DNA from: Gemmatimonadales bacterium | Lineage (GTDB): Bacteria; Gemmatimonadota; Gemmatimonadetes; Gemmatimonadales; Gemmatimonadaceae | Assembly: GCA_038205315.1 (NCBI GenBank) | Contig: JBBRBY010000004.1 | Location: 23,826 to 87,825 of the forward strand | DNA length: 64,000 bases | Direction: 5' to 3' | Shown here: positions 58,789-64,000 of the stretch, piece after piece | How positions within the stretch are numbered: the stretch's first letter is position 1 | Layout: each line of letters starts with the position of its first letter | Translations under genes and position numbers: made by a program | The notes under the pieces: generated by a model | Told to the model about the DNA's origin: nothing | Database searches by the model: none | Seen by the model: only the letters and a program-made list of their open reading frames with translations

Positions 58789-60105
58789 CTACGAGAGCGG
58801 AACGATTCTGCCGGTCTTGGACGTCATCCCCTTGGTCGCGTTGCGAGCGTCCACCACCACGGGGGCGAGATCCACCACCCGCTGGTAATTGACGGAATCG
58901 TGATCGGTGACGATAACGACCGCGTCGGAGCCTCGAAGTACGGCGTCGGTCAGATCGACGCCAGTAAATGTGTGGCCGTCCTCGCGGAACGACGGCACGT
59001 GGGGGTCGTGAAAGGTAACGTTGGCACCGCGGCCCTCGAGCAGCTTGATCACGTCGAGTGCAGGGCTTTCGCGCATGTCGTCGATGTTCTTCTTGTATGC
59101 GACGCCGAGCACGAGGACCTTGCTGCCGTTGACGGACTTGCGTTCGTCATTGAGCGCGCGAGCGACCTTCTCGACAACGAGCGCGGGCATCTCCGAATTG
59201 ATTTCGCTGGCGAGGTCTATGAAGCGCGTCTTGTAGTTGAGGGTGCGCATCTTCCACGCGAGGTAGTGCGGATCGAGTGGAATGCAGTGTCCGCCGATTC
59301 CGGGGCCGGGCGTGAACTTCATGAAACCGAACGGCTTGGTCGCGGCGGCGTCGATCACTTCCCACACGTTGACGCCGAGCTTGTCGCAGACGATCGCCAT
59401 TTCGTTCACAAGGCCGATGTTGACCGAGCGGAACGTGTTCTCGAGCAGCTTCACCAGCTCAGCGGTCTCCGTGGACGTGACCGGGACGATCGTATCGAGG
59501 CAGCTCTGGTAAAGTGCGCTTGCGACTTCGGTGCAGGCAGGCGTGATGCCGCCAACGACCTTTGGAGTGTTCTTCGTATTCCAGACCGGATTACCCGGAT
59601 CGACACGTTCGGGGCTGAAGGCGAGGAATACGTCACTGCCGATCTTGAGGCCCGCTGCTTCGAGCTTGGGCTGCATCAGCTCGCGAGTGGTGCCGGGATA
59701 CGTGGTGCTCTCCAGGACGACGAGCATCCCCGGGTGCGCGTGCTCGCAGATCGTCGCGGTCGCGGCGACGACGTAGCTCATGTCGGGATCACGCGTCTTG
59801 ACCAGTGGCGTGGGGACCGCGATAGAGACGCACTGCATCTCCTTGATCCGCGAAGCGTCGGTGGTCGCCTCGAACAGTTTGCTTCCAACGACCTGGGCAA
59901 GATCGCTGTCCGGCACATCCTGGATGTGCGATTTGCCGGAGTTGAGCATGTCGGTGACGCGCTGGGAGACGTCGAAGCCTATGACCTTGAAGCCCGCGCG
60001 CGCGAACTCCACGGCGAGCGGCAATCCAACGTAGCCGAGTCCGACGACGCCGATGACGGCGGAGCGATCGGCGATACTGTCCAGAAGAAGCTGCTTGTTA
60101 TCCAT
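58789..60105 (-). CDS. wbpA: UDP-N-acetyl-D-hexosamine 6-dehydrogenase (WbpA/WecC-type nucleotide-sugar dehydrogenase)
   Basis: VIGVVGLGYVGLPLAVEFA Rossmann motif and the catalytic GIGGHCIPLDP. Context with WbpB/D/E homologues favours WbpA, but substrate cannot be proven from sequence. Confidence 0.75.
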   Translation of the reverse strand: MDNKQLLLDSIADRSAVIGVVGLGYVGLPLAVEFARAGFKVIGFDVSQRVTDMLNSGKSHIQDVPDSDLAQVVGSKLFEATTDASRIKEMQCVSIAVPTPLVKTRDPDMSYVVAATATICEHAHPGMLVVLESTTYPGTTRELMQPKLEAAGLKIGSDVFLAFSPERVDPGNPVWNTKNTPKVVGGITPACTEVASALYQSCLDTIVPVTSTETAELVKLLENTFRSVNIGLVNEMAIVCDKLGVNVWEVIDAAATKPFGFMKFTPGPGIGGHCIPLDPHYLAWKMRTLNYKTRFIDLASEINSEMPALVVEKVARALNDERKSVNGSKVLVLGVAYKKNIDDMRESPALDVIKLLEGRGANVTFHDPHVPSFREDGHTFTGVDLTDAVLRGSDAVVIVTDHDSVNYQRVVDLAPVVVDARNATKGMTSKTGRIVPLS

Positions 60106-60120
60106 TCGGTAGTAGGGCCC

Positions 60121-61242
60121 TCAACGGCCGTAGAAAGCGCGAACCGCCGAGATTACCTCGTCGCGCTGTGAATCGGTGAGCTCCGGGTACACCGGCAGCG
60201 ATACAACTTCCTTCGACGCACGCTCGCTCTCGGGAAAATCCCCGGCCTCGTATCCGAGGTACGCGAAGCATGGCTGAAGGTGCAACGGAAGTGGATAGTA
60301 GACCGAGTTGCCGATGCCACGCTGCTTCAGGAATTCCTGAAGTTCATCGCGGCGTGCGGCGCGAAGCGTGTACTGGTTGTAGATGGACTCATTGCGCGGG
60401 TCCACAACGGGAGTCCGCACACCATCGAGGTCGGCGAAGGCATCGTTGTAGATGGATGCGTTCCGCCGCCTCGCGGCACTCCATGCCGCGAGATGAGGAA
60501 GCTTTGCGGAGAGCACGACGGCCTGCAGCGTATCGAGGCGGCTGTTGTAGCCCACTTCCTCGTGAAAGTAGGTCTTCACGCTTCCGTGCGCGCGGAGACG
60601 GCGCAGTCGTGCTTCGAGTTGATCGCTCTGAGTGACGACCATCCCTCCGTCGCCGTATCCACCGAGATTCTTGGACGGGAAGAAGCTGAACGTACCGATG
60701 GCGGCGAGCTCGCCTGCCATCGCCTTCCGGCCGCCCACCTCGCGACTCGCTCCGATTGATTGAGCAGCATCCTCGATCACCGGGACGCCGTCGGGAAGTT
60801 CTGCCGTGAGTTCGTCGATCGCGGCCATCTGGCCGAACAGGTCAACAGCGATCACGGCCTTCGCGTCCGGCTCGTTGCGCACCGCTTCGGCGGCGGCTTC
60901 AACGGAGATGTTGAAGGTTTCCGGATCTATGTCGGCGAACACGGCCCGGGCTCCGACATTGTGCACCGCGCCGGCCGTCGCAAAAAAGGTGAACGGCGTC
61001 GTGATCACCGCGTCGTTCTTCCCGATGTCGAGTGCGCGCAGGGCGAGCACGATGGCGTCCGTTCCATTGGCGCAGCCGACCGCATGCCTGCAGTGGGACA
61101 GTTGAGCAACCGAGCGTTCGAGCCGTTCGACCGGTTCGCCGAGTATGAATGTCTGGCCGTCGACGACTGGCATGATCGCGGCGAGAACTTCGTCGCGAAT
61201 GGTGCCGTGCTGGGCCTTGAGGTCTAGAAGGGGTACGGCCAT
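60121..61242 (-). CDS. wbpE: DegT/DnrJ/EryC1/StrS family PLP aminotransferase (WbpE-like)
   Basis: Sugar aminotransferase fold. The FSFFPSKNLGGYGDGG region contains the PLP lysine. 373 aa. Confidence 0.85.
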   Translation of the reverse strand: MAVPLLDLKAQHGTIRDEVLAAIMPVVDGQTFILGEPVERLERSVAQLSHCRHAVGCANGTDAIVLALRALDIGKNDAVITTPFTFFATAGAVHNVGARAVFADIDPETFNISVEAAAEAVRNEPDAKAVIAVDLFGQMAAIDELTAELPDGVPVIEDAAQSIGASREVGGRKAMAGELAAIGTFSFFPSKNLGGYGDGGMVVTQSDQLEARLRRLRAHGSVKTYFHEEVGYNSRLDTLQAVVLSAKLPHLAAWSAARRRNASIYNDAFADLDGVRTPVVDPRNESIYNQYTLRAARRDELQEFLKQRGIGNSVYYPLPLHLQPCFAYLGYEAGDFPESERASKEVVSLPVYPELTDSQRDEVISAVRAFYGR

Positions 61243-61391
61243 GGAGTCGTGGTAATGTGGCGGGGACCGCCCGGAAAGCGAAAAAGCTGTCGTACAGCCT
61301 TTAAAGATCGCCGGTCGGAGCCGTCCAAGTCAATTATTTTCAGCGCTGGGATGTCACTCCCAGCCCGTCCCTTTTTGGAAGGACATGACCG

Positions 61392-61739
61392 ATGGACTCA
61401 TACACGGCCCATACCCTCATTCGAGACGGTACAGTGGTCGCTCTAGCTGCGATTTTCGGCATCGGACTGCCGCTGGCGCGATCCTTCGCGCGGCGGATGG
61501 AGCGTGGCGACGTATCCCGCTTGCCAGCGTCCGCCGAGGCCGCGGACGCCAGGATGGAGCGAGTGGAGCGTGCAGTGGAGGCGATTGCGCTCGAGGTGGA
61601 GCGAGTCGCCGAAGGCCAGAGGTTTCTGACGAGGCTGCTCTCGGAACCGAGGAAGTCGCGGGCAATTGCGGACACGCGTTCTATGGAGGAGGAAGACGGT
61701 GCCACCGACACGATAACCGCCCACGTGCGGGGCTCCTGA
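61392..61739 (+). CDS. Hypothetical membrane-anchored coiled-coil protein (115 aa)
   Basis: Best ORF in the 510-bp gap inside the wbp cluster. One N-terminal TM helix (VVALAAIFGIGLPLA), then a Glu/Arg-rich helix (RMERVERAVEAIALEVERVAEGQRFLTRLL). GGAAGGA ribosome-binding site 8 nt upstream. Competing frames are Arg/Ser-rich. Confidence 0.4.
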   Translation: MDSYTAHTLIRDGTVVALAAIFGIGLPLARSFARRMERGDVSRLPASAEAADARMERVERAVEAIALEVERVAEGQRFLTRLLSEPRKSRAIADTRSMEEEDGATDTITAHVRGS

Positions 61740-61752
61740 GAACGCGCTTTGC

Positions 61753-62770
61753 CTAGGCGAGAGTGACCGCGACCCCTCGCCGGGCCGATTCATAAATCGC
61801 GACGATTATCTCGAGCGACTTTCGACCCTCCGACCCGTCAGTGTCGGGCGCGGCCTCTCCGCGCAGCACGCTCACAACGTTGCGATAGTAACCCTCGTGC
61901 CCAAACCCATATACGTTTGGCGGCGTGGTTGCCGCGGCCTCGATGAGCTTGTCGTCATCATCATAGTCCTCGAACAGCCACGTCTCCACGCGATTTACTG
62001 CGGTGCCTCCAATCTTCACGGATCCGCGGTCACCGAGTATCGTTAGCGAGCCTTCGAGGTTCTTGGGATAGGTCAGCATCGTCACGTCCAGCACGCCAAT
62101 GGCTCCGTTCCGAAACGTCAGCACTGCGGCGCCTGAATCCTCCGCTTCGATCTTTCGCTGCTGCGTCGCGGTCATGGCCATCACGCTTTCGACTGGACCC
62201 GCAAGCCACTGGATGAGATCCACGTAGTGCGACGCCTGGTTCATGAACGCGCCGCCGTCCATAGCCCACGTCCCCCGCCACGGTGCCTGGTCGTAGTAAT
62301 CCTGTGGACGCGCCCATCTCACGGTGCAGTTGGCGGAGTGAATCCGTCCGAAACGCCCCTTCTCCACCGCTCGCTTGACGAGCTGAATCGCGGGATTTAG
62401 CCGATTCTGCTTCACCACGAACAGTCGGACACCGTTCCGCTCGCACGCCTCGATCACAGCGTCCGCGCCTTCAAGAGAAATCGCCATCGGCTTCTCGCTC
62501 ACCACGTGCTTGCCGGCCTCCGCTGCGTCGATTCCCTGCGCCGGATGCATGCCGGATGGCGTGGCAATCGTAACGATGTCGCACTCTACTGCGTCGAGCA
62601 TCGCACGCAGCGAATCGAACGCCGGCACGTCGTAGGCGACGCCGGCGTTCACGGCGCGCTCCAATACGGTGTCCGCGACGCCGACGAGCTGGAGATCATC
62701 CACTCGGCGGATCGCCTCGAAGTGATTCCGGCTTATCCTGCCGCAGCCGACGACGGCGACGCGCAGCGGC

Positions 62771-62778
<8 letters not shown>
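61753..62778 (-). CDS. wbpB: Gfo/Idh/MocA family oxidoreductase (WbpB-like)
   Basis: [15 protein letters not shown] Rossmann N-terminus and an EKP motif (VVSEKPMA). 341 aa. Its start overlaps the acetyltransferase stop by 8 nt. Confidence 0.8.
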
Positions 62779-63336
<558 letters not shown>

Positions 63337-63340
<4 letters not shown>

Positions 63341-64000
63341 AGTGCCGCCACGGGATGGTCGATGCGCGCGTGCCATTCCTGGAGCGACGTCACGGAAGCC
63401 GGCCGCGACCGGATGGCGAGCACCGCGTCGCACGCGGCGTTCGCGGCAGACAGCGTGGTGGTGTATGGAACGTGGTGTGCGATCGCGGCCTGGCGCATTG
63501 TGTAGTCGTCTTCCTGTGCGCGCTTGCCCATGGGCGTATTGATCAGCAACTGCACGGTGCCGTTCACGATCAGGTCGATCACGTGCGGCCGCCCTTCGTG
63601 AACCTTGTAAACTCGGGTCACGGGTATCCCGAGCTTGCGAAGATGACGCGCGGTTCCCTCCGTGGCGTGGATGCCGAAACCGAGCTCGTGAAAGCGCCGC
63701 ACGATGGGCGTGACGGAGGCCTTGTCGGAGTCGTTGACCGACACGAATATCGCGCCATCGTGTGGCAGGCCGTTGTCTGCCGCGAGCTGCGCCTTGTAGA
63801 ACGCGCCCCCGAACGTTTCCGACGTGCCCATGACCTCACCGGTCGAGCGCATCTCCGGGCCAAGAATGGGATCGAATTCGCGGAACTTGTTGAAGGGGAA
63901 CACGGCTTCCTTGACAGCAACGTACGGCGGAATGATCTCCTCCGTAAAGCCGATGTCGGCGAGCTTCTCACCAACCATCACACGCGCCGCTATCGATGCA
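63337..64000 (-). CDS. carB: Carbamoyl-phosphate synthase large subunit, C-terminal part (gene continues beyond the window)
   Basis: End of the second ATP-grasp half ([13 protein letters not shown]) and an MGS-like allosteric domain ([12 protein letters not shown]...LINTP). The reading frame is open to the window edge. Confidence 0.85.

Noticed and set aside
58354-60171. 605-aa plus-strand ORF spanning the ugd N-terminus and the whole wbpA-like gene
   Set aside because: It crosses a gene boundary on the opposite strand and has a biased Arg/Asp/Val/Gly composition. It is a shadow ORF.
61340-61793. Alternative ORFs in the wbp gap (61385-61756 plus strand; 61340-61711, 61417-61665 and 61443-61793 minus strand)
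   Set aside because: Their translations are Ser/Arg/Ala/Gly-rich low-complexity strings. The 61392 frame is the only one with a TM helix, amphipathic helix pattern and a properly spaced ribosome-binding site. The whole locus nevertheless remains low confidence.

Overview
This is a visibly GC-rich bacterial chromosomal window that is almost entirely coding. I call 58 CDS, 53 of them on the minus strand. I found no rRNA, tRNA, CRISPR array, transposase, integrase or prophage signature.

The content is core housekeeping of a diderm (Gram-negative-type) bacterium:
- a recA-recX-alaS string that runs on to rarA;
- ftsK, then aroQ-pepP-accB-pilT-accC;
- a tolQ-tolR-tolA-tolB-pal-ybgF cluster that continues without a break into tatC, an LptD-like outer membrane protein, a radical-SAM gene, an acidic TPR gene, a polyprenyl synthase and tatA;
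- uvrB-tsaE-tsaB-rimI-ssb;
- otsA-otsB-GH15 trehalose genes;
- relA/spoT, radC, secA, nadD and bamD;
- a WbpA/B/D/E-type diacetamido-uronic-acid sugar-nucleotide cluster that abuts carB.

All product calls come from motif recognition by eye; no search was run. Lineage cannot be fixed without a search. My low-confidence guess from protein style is something Gemmatimonadota-like.

I did not find a convincing, self-contained novel multi-gene system such as a defence island. The most unusual items are:
1. a full-length PilT ATPase wedged between accB and accC;
2. a radical-SAM plus acidic-TPR pair of unknown function inside a roughly 14.5-kb envelope supra-operon that also splits tatC from tatA;
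3. a perfect tandem 22-bp repeat upstream of a sigma-54-type -24/-12 element in front of a DUF892 stress-protein gene;
4. candidate SOS operators of two different architectures at uvrB and recA;
5. two unrecognisable ORFs locked by 4-nt overlaps into the alaS...rarA string;
6. 17 gene junctions with 4-nt start/stop overlaps, 13 of them GTGA.

All of these are hypotheses that need database and transcript evidence.
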